Assembly: GCA_965205505.1 (NCBI GenBank) | Contig: CBDBHB010000007.1 | Location: 608,001-672,000 of the forward strand | Source of the DNA: Acidobacteriota bacterium | Lineage (GTDB): Bacteria; Acidobacteriota; UBA890; WLXD01 | Direction: 5' to 3' | DNA: 64,000 bases | Part shown: one piece after another, positions 49,618 to 59,446 of the stretch | Layout of the letters: each line of letters begins with the position of its first letter | Position numbering within the stretch: the stretch's first letter is position 1 | Position numbers and translations under genes: made by a program | The notes under the pieces: generated by a model | Seen by the model: only the letters and a program-made list of their open reading frames with translations | The model's database searches: none | Told to the model about the DNA's origin: nothing

Positions 49618-51476
49618 TCGATTACCGGCAACACCAGATGCGACGGGTATTGTGCGGAATGGTGCAGCCCTTGATGCGCTACCACCCACTCCGTCTCGTC
49701 GTAGTTGTTGCCGCCGGTATTCAAGTTGCGATCGAAGCGCGGAAAGCTGGAGCTCGACACCTCCAGGCGAATCCGATGGCCCGGGCCGAAGTAGTTACCG
49801 GTGGCGTGCAGATCGAGGCGAATCTCGTAGACCTCGTCCTGCTCGATCCACACTTTCCGGTCGAATCCCTCGCGGTAACGCATTCGCTGGGCGCCTTCTT
49901 GCACGTTGAATGCCCTGCCGTCCGGATAGACGTCGACCAGCTTGGCCATGAAGTCGGTGTCCTTCGCCGATGACGAAACGTAGAGCACCACTTCGAGCTG
50001 CCCGGTCACCTCGATGCCGTCTTCGAGCGCCGCCGACGTGTAGACGAGCACATCGTTGCGCATCTCGATCTCCGACTGGTCGAAGGCCCCGGCACCGGTG
50101 TTCATCCCGGTGCAACAAGCCTGTCCCCCGAGCGATGGAACCGGGGCAGCCGGATCGTAGACGAAACGATCGGGTGGCTCCTCGCCCGGCAACGACAACG
50201 ACGCCGTGCCATCACCGTAACGGCTGTTGGCCCGACCGTCGCTGTGTAGATAGTACCGACGGTACGTGGTGTTCGGCAGCGGCCACTCGTTGGCGCTGCG
50301 CCATTCGTTCTTGCCCATCAGGTAGTACTGCACCTTGGGCATGTCGGTGATGCCGTTGTCGACGCCCTTGAGCCAGCGCTCGTACCAGCGCAGGTATATG
50401 TCCATGAAGTCGCGTCGCGCGTCGCCCAGGTCTCGCTCACCGATGATCGTATGCTCGGTCGCCCGGTCCCAGCCGCAATGAGTGGTGGGGGCGATGATTA
50501 CGAACTGATTGTCGCGCCCCCGATCGCTGACCGCATTGCGCTGAAAGAGGTTGAACAGCTCCATGGTCTCTGCAACGCCGTAGTCGTACCAGGAGTCGAA
50601 GAAGATGGCGGGAACATCGAACCGATCGGACTCTCCAACCCAGTCCAACTCGTGAAAGTAGGGGGCCTCCGGATTGTTGGAGACGAAGTCCTCGTAGTCT
50701 GTGGGCGGCGCCCCGGACTTCTTCAGAATATCGACGATCGGCAGCGTCTTGAGGAGTGAGTGGTCAGTCTGTCGACGCTCGGGTGTGGATCGGAAGAGCT
50801 CTGCCGCGTCGGAACGAAACCACTCTTGCCGATTCGCCCAGGCGGGCGGTCCGTAATAGACCTTGGTGCCACTTCCAGAGAACCAGCCGGCTGTCTGAGC
50901 AAGCTCGAAGACCCCACCGTCGTACGAGACCCAGGGGCGCCCGTGCGCGTAGTAGCCGGTGGTCGAGGCCATCGGCATTGCCGCAACATGGCTCGGATGC
51001 TGCGTCGCCGCCAGCACGACCTGTACATCCCCGAGGTAGGAACATCCATAGGTCGCAACCTTCTGGTTTGACCACGGCTGCTCCACCAGCCAGGTCACGG
51101 TGTCGTGACCATCGTTGCGATCACCGGTCGATGGCTTGTAGACACCCTCCGATTCGAACCGCCCCCGCATGTCTTGGATGGCCACCGCGTAGCCTTCCTC
51201 CACGAATCGCGACACCATTCGGCTGCCGCCGCCCTTGCCATACGGCGTGCGGATCAAGATGGTGGAGAGCCCCTCCGTAACACCTTCAGGAAAATACAGA
51301 TCTGTCGAGAGTCCCGCGCCATCGCGCATCGGGATCATGTTGCTGCGTTCCTTGGTGATCGCAACGTCCGAGTCCTGGGTGGTGCGCTGACCCCAGCCAG
51401 CCGCTCCTCCCGGGGCTGCGAGGCAGACGATCAGAATCGCAATCGATAGAACGAACAACCTGCGGCCGATGCCCAT
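49614..51476 (-). CDS. CocE/NonD family hydrolase
   Basis: IRTPYGK, QDMRGRFESEG, GCSYLG, RIRLEVSSSSFPRFDRN. Confidence 0.94.
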   Translation of the reverse strand: MGIGRRLFVLSIAILIVCLAAPGGAAGWGQRTTQDSDVAITKERSNMIPMRDGAGLSTDLYFPEGVTEGLSTILIRTPYGKGGGSRMVSRFVEEGYAVAIQDMRGRFESEGVYKPSTGDRNDGHDTVTWLVEQPWSNQKVATYGCSYLGDVQVVLAATQHPSHVAAMPMASTTGYYAHGRPWVSYDGGVFELAQTAGWFSGSGTKVYYGPPAWANRQEWFRSDAAELFRSTPERRQTDHSLLKTLPIVDILKKSGAPPTDYEDFVSNNPEAPYFHELDWVGESDRFDVPAIFFDSWYDYGVAETMELFNLFQRNAVSDRGRDNQFVIIAPTTHCGWDRATEHTIIGERDLGDARRDFMDIYLRWYERWLKGVDNGITDMPKVQYYLMGKNEWRSANEWPLPNTTYRRYYLHSDGRANSRYGDGTASLSLPGEEPPDRFVYDPAAPVPSLGGQACCTGMNTGAGAFDQSEIEMRNDVLVYTSAALEDGIEVTGQLEVVLYVSSSAKDTDFMAKLVDVYPDGRAFNVQEGAQRMRYREGFDRKVWIEQDEVYEIRLDLHATGNYFGPGHRIRLEVSSSSFPRFDRNLNTGGNNYDETEWVVAHQGLHHSAQYPSHLVLPVIE

Positions 51477-51596
51477 GCAACACGCTCCCTGTCTGCCAGA
51501 CGCTCATCTCACGGAAATCGCGAGCACTATCAAACCACAAGGTAGGGGCCTGGCAACGGAGATCATCCCGAAGAGCGCATTTGAACTCCGGACGAG

Positions 51597-54002
51597 CTAC
51601 CCGTCGCGCAGCGCCGCGACCGGGTCGATGCGAGTGGCTCGCCGGGCGGGTATCCAGGCCGCCAGAGCGCCGATCAGCACCGCCGCCATCAGCACGACGC
51701 TGTAGGTGAGCGGGTCGGTCGGCTGCACATCGAACAGGAGCCGGCCGAGGAACCGCGTCGCGCCCAAGGCACCGAACACACCGAGGACCGCTCCTGCCAA
51801 GACGATGCCGAGCGCCTGGCGTACGATCAGCGCCACCGTCGCCGCGGCGTCGGCGCCCAGCGCCATGCGCACCCCGATCTCCGCCGTGCGCTGCGACACC
51901 GCGTAGGCGACGATCCCATAGGTGCCGATCGCCGCGAGGATAGCTGCGCAGAGCGCCAAGCTGCCTATCAATGCGGTATTGAAGCGCGGCTGGGCGACGG
52001 ACTCCCAGAGCAGATCGGAGATCGCGACCACTTGGGACGGCGCTAGCTGAGGATCTATGTCGGCGAGCACGTCGCCCACGGCGCTAGCGACAGCGGCAGT
52101 GCTGAGGTCGGATTGCACCACGATGTGCATCTCGTACGTCGCAATACGACCGTATGGCAGGAAGAGCTCCGACTCGTACTTGGATTGCAGGCCCGCGTGG
52201 CGAATGTCGGCGACCACACCCGCCACCTCGACCTCGCCCAGCGACGCCACGCGCACCGATCGTCCGATCGGGTCGACATTCTGAAAATAGCGTTCGACGA
52301 CAGTCTCGTTGACGATCGCGACGAAGCGATCGCTGGTCAGATCGAGCTTGTCGAAGGCACGGCCACGAACGATCTCCATACCCATCGCTTCGAAGTAACC
52401 GGGTAACACGAGGCGGAAGTCGGCATTGGGGCGGGCGGTTGGCGAGAGTGCGTCGAGGCCAACGACTGTGAACTCCATCTCGAAACCCAACCCGACGTCG
52501 CTCATCGGTAGATCCGAGGCCGCCCCCGCAACCTTGACCCCGGGCAACTGTTCCACGCGCTCGACCAACTGCTCGAAGAACGGGCGCCATTCCGTGCGGT
52601 CGTAGCGTAGGGTCGGCAACTTGACCGCGACCGAGACCACCCCCTCCTTTCGGAAGCCAGGATCCACCTCGCTCATGCGCGTGAAGCTGCGCAACATCAG
52701 CCCGGCGCCCACCACCAACACAATCGCCAAAGCGATCTCGACGACCACCATGAGCTCGGGCAGCCGGCGCCCGCCACTCGAGCCGGCAGACGCTCCGGTT
52801 GGCTTGAGTAACTCGCTCAAGTCGGGCGTCATGCTCCGCACCGCCGGCAGTGACCCGAACAGCACCGTCGCACCAACCGACAGGCCCGCAGCAAACAGCA
52901 GCACGGTGCCGTCGACGCCGATGGATTCCCCGCGGGGAATGCCGCTCGGCAACACGGCGCGTAGCAACCCCATACCCCACGAGGCCAACAGCACACCGGC
53001 CGTCCCGCCTAGCAGACCCAGGATCAGGGTCTCGGCCAGCGAGCGCTTACACAGGTCGCTCCTCCGGGCCCCGAGGGCAGCGCGCACGGCGAACTCCCGC
53101 CCCGCGGCCGTCGAGCGGGCGATCAGAACATTGGCGATGTTGGCGCACGCGGTGAGCAATACCAGCATCACAGCACCGAAGAGCACCCACAGCGTTGTCG
53201 TGAGATCGCCGAACAGCTCGTCGCGCAGCGGTCGGACCGTCAGCCCCCAGCCGTCGTTGGTGTCCGGGAACTCACCAGCCAGTTGGTCCGCAATCGCATC
53301 GAGCTCGGCCCGCGCAGCATCCATCGCAACACCGTCGCCAAGACGGGCAATCGAGTCGAACATGCGGTGATCGCGGTCGAGCAAGATCGCGTCACCGATG
53401 CCCATCGGGAAGTACATCTCGACCTCGTCGTTCCCGGGAGGGAACTGGAAGCCCGGTTCGGTAACCGCGACGACCGTGCGCGGCTCGCTGTCGACCTCGA
53501 TGGTGGAGCCGACGATCAAGGGGTCCGCTCCGAAGCGTCGTGTCCACGACGCGTGCGTGATGATCACCTTCTTGCCGCCGCCCGGAACTTCGTCCTGATC
53601 AGTGAAGAACTGACCCGCAGCCGGCCTTGCTTGCAGAACGCGAAACAGCCGGGGCGTCACGGTAAAACTGCCTACCCGAACCGGTCGCTCGAGGCCGGTC
53701 AGAGTGGAACCGATGGAGCGGTATAAGGCGACCTGCCCGTCGAAGGACTCGGCGCTATCGCGCAGGTCGCGGTAGTCGGCCGGCGATAGGCGGAAGATGT
53801 CGGATCCTCCAGATCCGGTGGTTGCCCACACGACCACGAGCCGGCTATCGTCGCCGTAACCGAGCGGACGCAGCAGCACGCCGTCGACGACGCTGAAAAT
53901 CGCGGTGTTGGCACCGATGGCGATCGCCAGCGTCGCGATCACCACCAGGGTAGGTCCGGGGGTGGAGAGCAGCGACCGCAACGCCGCCTTGAAGTTGTCC
54001 AT
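51597..54002 (-). CDS. ADOP-type duplicated ABC permease (MacB/FtsX)
   Basis: TLAIAIGANTAIFSVV, ACANIANVLIAR, EIGVRMALGA, PARRATRIDP. Confidence 0.94.
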   Translation of the reverse strand: MDNFKAALRSLLSTPGPTLVVIATLAIAIGANTAIFSVVDGVLLRPLGYGDDSRLVVVWATTGSGGSDIFRLSPADYRDLRDSAESFDGQVALYRSIGSTLTGLERPVRVGSFTVTPRLFRVLQARPAAGQFFTDQDEVPGGGKKVIITHASWTRRFGADPLIVGSTIEVDSEPRTVVAVTEPGFQFPPGNDEVEMYFPMGIGDAILLDRDHRMFDSIARLGDGVAMDAARAELDAIADQLAGEFPDTNDGWGLTVRPLRDELFGDLTTTLWVLFGAVMLVLLTACANIANVLIARSTAAGREFAVRAALGARRSDLCKRSLAETLILGLLGGTAGVLLASWGMGLLRAVLPSGIPRGESIGVDGTVLLFAAGLSVGATVLFGSLPAVRSMTPDLSELLKPTGASAGSSGGRRLPELMVVVEIALAIVLVVGAGLMLRSFTRMSEVDPGFRKEGVVSVAVKLPTLRYDRTEWRPFFEQLVERVEQLPGVKVAGAASDLPMSDVGLGFEMEFTVVGLDALSPTARPNADFRLVLPGYFEAMGMEIVRGRAFDKLDLTSDRFVAIVNETVVERYFQNVDPIGRSVRVASLGEVEVAGVVADIRHAGLQSKYESELFLPYGRIATYEMHIVVQSDLSTAAVASAVGDVLADIDPQLAPSQVVAISDLLWESVAQPRFNTALIGSLALCAAILAAIGTYGIVAYAVSQRTAEIGVRMALGADAAATVALIVRQALGIVLAGAVLGVFGALGATRFLGRLLFDVQPTDPLTYSVVLMAAVLIGALAAWIPARRATRIDPVAALRDG

Positions 54003-54026
54003 GGAGCGTCGTCCTGTGGCGAGGAA

Positions 54027-54401
54027 TCAGTCGGGGACATCCTGTTCGCGGCGCTCGGCCAGCCAGCTGTGGAAGCGCTCGCGCTGGTCCGGCCGTAGCA
54101 GGTCGGCGATCTCTGCGTGCACCTCCCGCATAGCGCTTTGAACCTCAGGGCGAAGTTGCTCCCACAGGTGCTCCACGAGCTGCTGGCGCTCCGACATGAT
54201 GGCGTGGATCTGTTCGACCTGGCGATCGTCGAGGTCCAGCGCTTCCCGCATGTCGACCATGGCCGCCGCATGCAAATCCGCCGGTGACATCGATGCGTGC
54301 AGGGAGAGAGCGTGGTGCCGCTCGAAGAACATCCCGGCAAGAACACCGGCCGCGAACACGAACAGCAGCACCAAGCCGGCGCGAAACCGCGGCCCGATCA
54401 C
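54027..54401 (-). CDS. Spy/CpxP-like periplasmic (heavy-metal sensor-like) protein
   Basis: TM anchor; LDLDDRQVEQI...LLRPDQRERF; His/Met-rich. Confidence 0.7.
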   Translation of the reverse strand: MIGPRFRAGLVLLFVFAAGVLAGMFFERHHALSLHASMSPADLHAAAMVDMREALDLDDRQVEQIHAIMSERQQLVEHLWEQLRPEVQSAMREVHAEIADLLRPDQRERFHSWLAERREQDVPD

Positions 54402-54751
54402 TGCCGCGCCTCGATGTCGAGCACGGGCGGAAACTGCACCATCAGCACGTCGACGCTGGGCGGCGCCGGACCGCCGACTAGCGTCCCAGCGACCTCGCTG
54501 GGCTCAAGCAAGCGCTCGATCGGACGGAAGGCCGCGGCGGCATCTGGCGGCAGCACAAGCCACAGAACGAGCATGGCGGCCGCCGACACCGCCACCAGCC
54601 ACGGCGCACGCCGCGCCAACACGCCGTACCACGCGTCGTGGGCTGCGGCGTGCGCGGCGAGCGGGCCAACCGCGTCCTGGCGAATCCTTTGCGCCAGCTG
54701 CTCCCAGTACTCGGGTTCTTGCGGCAGCTGCGACCTCGGGAGCTCAGCCAT
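54398..54751 (-). CDS. Putative membrane anti-sigma factor
   Basis: ATG overlaps the sigma stop; EYWEQLAQRI followed by one TM helix. Confidence 0.6.
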   Translation of the reverse strand: MAELPRSQLPQEPEYWEQLAQRIRQDAVGPLAAHAAAHDAWYGVLARRAPWLVAVSAAAMLVLWLVLPPDAAAAFRPIERLLEPSEVAGTLVGGPAPPSVDVLMVQFPPVLDIEARQ

Positions 54752-55305
54752 CACTGCAGGATACCCTGCCGCGGGCCGATGACGGGCCGCAGCTGCTTGC
54801 GTGCGCGGTGCACATGGGTGCGAACCGTGGCCTCGCCGACGCCGAGCATCCGGGCAGCCTCGACACTCGTATAGCCTTCGATGTCGCAGAGACGAACACA
54901 CGCCTGCTGCATCGGTGCGAGTGCCTCGATGGCCCGCTCGGCGTCGCCGACGACGACCGGATCGGCGATAGTCGGCGACGGCGGCTCGGTATCGAGCAAG
55001 GTGAGCGGAGCGAGAGCCGCGCGCCGGCCATCCTTGCTGATCGCGGTTCGCGCCACGTTTCGAACGATGGCGTAAAACCAGGCACTGAACGGGCGACGAT
55101 CATCGTAGCTGGCCAGCGAGCGCACGGCGCGATGAAACGCATCCTGGACGACGTCTTCGGCATCCTCGACGCGGCGCGCGTATTGCCAGGCGAGGGCCAT
55201 GGCGGGCCGCAGGTAACGCCGCGCAAGCGCATCGTAGGCAACCGCGTCACCACGCTTCGCTGCCCGCGCCAGCTCCTCGTCGGTACGTTCCGCCGCATCG
55301 CTCAT
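54751..55305 (-). CDS. ECF RNA polymerase sigma factor
   Basis: DAEDVVQDAF, FSAWFYAIVRN, EAARMLGV.EATVRTHVHRAR. Confidence 0.93.
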   Translation of the reverse strand: MSDAAERTDEELARAAKRGDAVAYDALARRYLRPAMALAWQYARRVEDAEDVVQDAFHRAVRSLASYDDRRPFSAWFYAIVRNVARTAISKDGRRAALAPLTLLDTEPPSPTIADPVVVGDAERAIEALAPMQQACVRLCDIEGYTSVEAARMLGVGEATVRTHVHRARKQLRPVIGPRQGILQ

Positions 55306-55358
55306 GGCTCCCTCCCGGGAGCATATGCCAACAGCTCCCGGGACCCGGCCTCAGCTTG

Positions 55359-55727
55359 TCAGTGGCTGCCCTGCCCGTGATGCCTTTGGCCATGCCCTTC
55401 CTGCGACATGGAACCGCTGAACGCATCGTGGATCATCTGGGCGAGCTTCTGCCGCTGCTCATGCGTGAGCTCCGCGGCGATCGTCTCGTGGAGTCGATGT
55501 AGCTCCTGCATCGCCGCGAAGGCTTGGTGGAAGGACGGCCCGATTGCCTCCTGTTGGTCGGCAGTCAAGTCGAGATGCTTGGCGACTACCTCGAAATGAG
55601 CCTGTGGGTCATCGGCCTCGCCGTGCTGGGCCTCGGCGATGAGGCTCCACGGCGGCATGAGCCCGACGGCGACCACCAGGACGGCGCATGACATCACGAC
55701 CATCAAAGCGCTGTGCAGTGTCTTCAT
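55359..55727 (-). CDS. Secreted His-rich Spy/CpxP-like protein
   Basis: Signal peptide; LDLTADQQ and LTHEQRQK motifs; His-rich tail. Confidence 0.7.
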   Translation of the reverse strand: MKTLHSALMVVMSCAVLVVAVGLMPPWSLIAEAQHGEADDPQAHFEVVAKHLDLTADQQEAIGPSFHQAFAAMQELHRLHETIAAELTHEQRQKLAQMIHDAFSGSMSQEGHGQRHHGQGSH

Positions 55728-55867
55728 GGATTCTCTCCGGTGTGCGTGTACATGGGAATGACCTCAGGACACTCCTCTCCACCCTGTACTCGCGAGACCG
55801 GAGATCCGTTGACACTGGACTCGACGGCCTCCGAATATGCGCGGCCGCTAGCAGGCCGATCTCGGCC

Positions 55868-56473
55868 TCAGGTCGAAGCTCCGTCTCCCAACAGCGCCGT
55901 TCGAAACCGGTCCTTCATCCACACGCCATCGCGCGGCGGCAGGACTAGGGGTAGCTCTTCCGCCCGCATCTTGATGGCATAGAAGACCGGCCCAACCGCA
56001 CCGCGCAGATCGCTTTGTGCCCGCTTCAGCCCTTCGGCATCGTGCGCCGTGCCGGTCACCGGTATGCCGGCAGCCGCGGCAATCGCGGCGAGGTCAGTCT
56101 TGCCCGCAGTGTGGGTAGGCTGCATACCCGTCTCACCATAGCGCTCGTTGTCGAGCACGGCGATCGCCAGATTGCCGGGCGCCAAGGCGGCGACGGTAGC
56201 TAGCGACCCCATGCCCATCAGCATCTCGCCATCGCGGGTCAGCACCAGCACACGCCGCTCGGGCCGGGCGATAGCAAGGCCAAGACCCATCGATGACGCG
56301 CCGCCCATCGCCCCCCACAACGGGAAGGTCAATGGCGAATCCCCGGCCGCGGTGGCATCCCACGCCGGGGCGCCCAAACCGGCAATGACCAGGAGATCGC
56401 CGCGGTCGAACAGCAGGCTCGAAACCACCTCGCGGCGGCGCAGCGGGTAGGTCGAGGCACGCGCGGCATCCAC
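55868..56473 (-). CDS. Sulfopyruvate/phosphonopyruvate decarboxylase beta-like subunit (ThDP-binding)
   Basis: WGAMG....GLGLA, RDGEMLM...LDNERYGETG.Q; canonical GDG reads RDG. Confidence 0.85.
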   Translation of the reverse strand: MDAARASTYPLRRREVVSSLLFDRGDLLVIAGLGAPAWDATAAGDSPLTFPLWGAMGGASSMGLGLAIARPERRVLVLTRDGEMLMGMGSLATVAALAPGNLAIAVLDNERYGETGMQPTHTAGKTDLAAIAAAAGIPVTGTAHDAEGLKRAQSDLRGAVGPVFYAIKMRAEELPLVLPPRDGVWMKDRFRTALLGDGAST

Positions 56474-56479
56474 GGCCTG

Positions 56480-56998
56480 CTACCCCTCGAATGCCTTGGC
56501 GCCGATCAGGCGCTGCGACAGCAGGACGGCAGCACCGCCAGCTCCGTTGAATGCCATGTCGCCGGCGGCCTTCACGGTAGCTCCCACCTCCCCGGCCCGG
56601 TCGGCATCCATCACCGCCACGCCCATCAAACGTAGCGATTCTGTGGCCGCCTGGCCCATCGCAATCTGCCACGGATTAGTCTCGCCCCACTGGCCGCGCA
56701 TGGCAAGAATGATCAATGCGGGGAAGCGGCAACTCTTCACCAGCGTCAACATGTTGATGCAGTTGCCGATACCGCTGCTCTGCATCAACAGCGCACCGCG
56801 CTGACCGCCCAGCCAGGCGCCGGCGAGCAGCGCAACACCCTCCTCCTCCGTGGTCAACGGCACCGTAACGATGCGGCTGTCGTCCCGGCACATTTCGATC
56901 AATCGTGTGTGCCCGGCATCGGGGACGAAAGCGACCTGCCGGACATCGAGATCCAGCAACGCTTGGAAAATATCGCGCGGCCAATCGACCCCGGTCAT
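56480..56998 (-). CDS. Sulfopyruvate/phosphonopyruvate decarboxylase alpha-like subunit
   Basis: FVPDAGH, TTEEEGVA..AGA.LGG, LMQSSGIGNCIN, RG.WGE.NPWQ. Confidence 0.88.
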   Translation of the reverse strand: MTGVDWPRDIFQALLDLDVRQVAFVPDAGHTRLIEMCRDDSRIVTVPLTTEEEGVALLAGAWLGGQRGALLMQSSGIGNCINMLTLVKSCRFPALIILAMRGQWGETNPWQIAMGQAATESLRLMGVAVMDADRAGEVGATVKAAGDMAFNGAGGAAVLLSQRLIGAKAFEG

Positions 56999-57068
56999 CG
57001 CTTGTTCCCTCGGTTGCGTGCAAGGAGCGGCCTTCGACAGTGCCGTTCACTTATCACGAAACGGAAGG

Positions 57069-57512
57069 CTAGAAAATGTCCGTATCGATGTTGAACGCCG
57101 CCCAGGCGAACCAGAACGCCGTGTGGGCGTTGGTGATCCGCGGCAATCGGTCGCCCACCAGTTGGCCCACTAGTGATCCTTGCACAGGCTCCCCGAAGAG
57201 ATTCCAGCGCGTGCCGGTGTTCACGTCCTCAAGCTGGAACGGAAACACGTCGGGGTCGACCACGTCGAAGCTCAGCGTCCGGGTGCGGAGCTTACCGTTC
57301 TTCTTCCGTACTTGTACCCGGCGATCGAACGACAACACCATCTCGCCATCCGCATCGAACACGACGAGCACTGGTCGACCGTTGACCTCGTCGTTCACCG
57401 CCACGCGTCTGCCTCGCGAGGCGAGCGCGTTGTACGGGTAGGCCTTGGCCTTCCCCTCGTGCTCCACGTTGCAGAATCGATGCCACATCAAGAACCTGAC
57501 CCCGAGCACCAC
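57069..57512 (-). pseudogene. DUF3179-like protein, C-terminal fragment
   Basis: KAKAYP, VNDEVNGRPV, D..TGTRWNLFGE.V.G.L.G, FWFAWAAF; no N-terminal part. Confidence 0.7.
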
Positions 57513-57545
57513 GGCCTGAAGCCAAGTCGATATCGCAGGCGGCCG

Positions 57546-58385
57546 ATGAGCGCCACGATAATGATCGCTGCGGCAATCTTGCTGCTGTTGCCGCGTCTAC
57601 AGAACGACACCCAGGCCGGCGGGTGGACACTGTCGCGCGGGACAACTTGGCTGCGCACCGGCTTCATGGTGCAGATTACCGACGACCGCTACTTCATCGA
57701 CGGGCGCCGCATTCCCTATTTCTTCGAAGGCCACAACCAAACTCCGGCGGCCTTTGTCGATCTCCGGCACGGCATCTCGGATCGGCTAGAAGCCGTCGTT
57801 CAGCTGCCGTTCTTCAGCATCTCGTTCGACGATCTCGCCGCCGAGCGCAACACCACTGGCATCGGCGATCTGCGTCTGGGGCTACGTTACAACCTCCTAC
57901 CGGGCCCGATCGTGGCCACCGTGGGTGCGATGGTCAAGTTGCCGACCGGAGAGTTCGTCAACGACGCCGAGATCGTGCCGGTGGGCGAGGGCCAGTACGA
58001 TTTCGAGATCACCGCAGAGGTGGCTCGTTCCCTCTGGCCGCGTCCCGGCTACGTGACCGCCCTGATCGGCTACCGGTGGCGAGCAGCAAACAAAGAGACT
58101 GGCATCCACCACGGCAACGAGGTGCTCTGGAGCTTCGAGGCAGGCTACGGCGTGGCCCCACACGTCACTCTCAAGGCCTTGGTCCGGGGGCTGCAAGGTC
58201 TCGAGACGACGAGCTTCGGCCTGCCGTTGCCGTCGCTCGAGCGACGCATCGTGTACCTGGAGCCCGGCGTGATGGTGGAGCTATCGCCCCGCCGCACCCT
58301 GGAGCTGTCGGTACCCATGAGCCTGAGCGGGCAGAATTGGCCGGCCGGGCCGGTCTTCAATATCGGGGTTTTCCAGACCTTCTAG
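57546..58385 (+). CDS. Outer-membrane beta-barrel (MetA-pathway/transporter-like)
   Basis: Signal peptide; GIGDLRLGLRY, KLPTG, GEGQYD; C-terminal Phe. Confidence 0.75.
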   Translation: MSATIMIAAAILLLLPRLQNDTQAGGWTLSRGTTWLRTGFMVQITDDRYFIDGRRIPYFFEGHNQTPAAFVDLRHGISDRLEAVVQLPFFSISFDDLAAERNTTGIGDLRLGLRYNLLPGPIVATVGAMVKLPTGEFVNDAEIVPVGEGQYDFEITAEVARSLWPRPGYVTALIGYRWRAANKETGIHHGNEVLWSFEAGYGVAPHVTLKALVRGLQGLETTSFGLPLPSLERRIVYLEPGVMVELSPRRTLELSVPMSLSGQNWPAGPVFNIGVFQTF

Positions 58386-59446
58386 TGCCTGCTAGCTGTG
58401 TATTCCGAGGCCGGCGTGGAAGTGACGCGGGCTAACAGCCAGTCGGGTATGGGCAGGTCGTTCTCGCGCAGGAAGACGGGGTTGAAGAGCTTGCTCTGGT
58501 ATCGCTGGCCACCGTCGCCGAGGATCGTCACGATCGTATGACCGGGGCCGAGCTTGTCGGCCAGACGCATGGCTCCGGTCACGTTGATCGCACTTGATCC
58601 GCCCAGGCACAACCCGTCGTTCTTCAACAAGTCGAAGAGCACCGGCAATGCTTCGGCATCGGTGATCCTGATCGGCACGTCGATGCGTACCTCTCCGACA
58701 TTTCCGGTAATGCGACTCTGTCCTATGCCCTCGGCGATCGAGCTGCCCTCGCTCTCGAGCTTGCCGTCGGTGAAGTACCTATACATCGCCGCGCCCATGG
58801 GATCGGCAAGCCCAATGGTCAGGTCAGGGTTCATCTCCTTGAGGTACTTGCTCACCCCACCCATCGTCCCGCCGGTTCCGATCGCGCAGATGAAGGCGTC
58901 GAGCTTACCGTCGGTCTGGTCCCAAATCTCCGGGCCCGTCGTGCTGTAGTGCGCCCCCCAGTTGGCGGGGTTGTCCCACTGGTTCGCCCAGAGCACGCCG
59001 TCGGCCTCGGTCTCGGCCTTCTCGGCCGCAACGCGCTCCGACACCCGTACGTAGTTGCCGGGCTCCTTGTAAGGCGCCGCCGGCACCTCCATGACTTCGG
59101 CGCCGCACAGCCGGAGCATGTCCTTCTTCTCCTGGCTCTGGTTGTCAGGCATGACGATGAGGGTCCGATACCCGCGGGCGTTGGCGACCAGTGCCAACCC
59201 GATGCCGGTGTTCCCAGCGGTTCCCTCGACGATCAAACCGCCGGGCCGCAATGTACCGTCTCGCTCGGCCTGCTGGACCATCGATAGCCCGGCGCGGTCC
59301 TTGACCGAGCCGCCGGGGTTCAGGAACTCTGCCTTACCGAGAATCTCACAGCCGGTCGCCTGCGAGGGGCCCGGCAAGCGAATCAAAGGTGTGTTGCCAA
59401 CTGAGCCCACGAACCCATTGCGGACCGGGGTGTGGCTTGTGCTCAT
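58382..59446 (-). CDS. cysK: Cysteine synthase
   Basis: GNTPLIRL, KAEFLNPGGSVKDR, GTAGNTG, GTGGT; coupled to cysE. Confidence 0.93.
   Translation of the reverse strand: MSTSHTPVRNGFVGSVGNTPLIRLPGPSQATGCEILGKAEFLNPGGSVKDRAGLSMVQQAERDGTLRPGGLIVEGTAGNTGIGLALVANARGYRTLIVMPDNQSQEKKDMLRLCGAEVMEVPAAPYKEPGNYVRVSERVAAEKAETEADGVLWANQWDNPANWGAHYSTTGPEIWDQTDGKLDAFICAIGTGGTMGGVSKYLKEMNPDLTIGLADPMGAAMYRYFTDGKLESEGSSIAEGIGQSRITGNVGEVRIDVPIRITDAEALPVLFDLLKNDGLCLGGSSAINVTGAMRLADKLGPGHTIVTILGDGGQRYQSKLFNPVFLRENDLPIPDWLLARVTSTPASEYTASRH

Noticed and set aside
55848-56483. Short matches to the dispersed motif (55848-55858, 56470-56482; also 58387-58395)
   Set aside because: Only 9-13 bp in GC-rich DNA, so they could be chance; not counted as copies.
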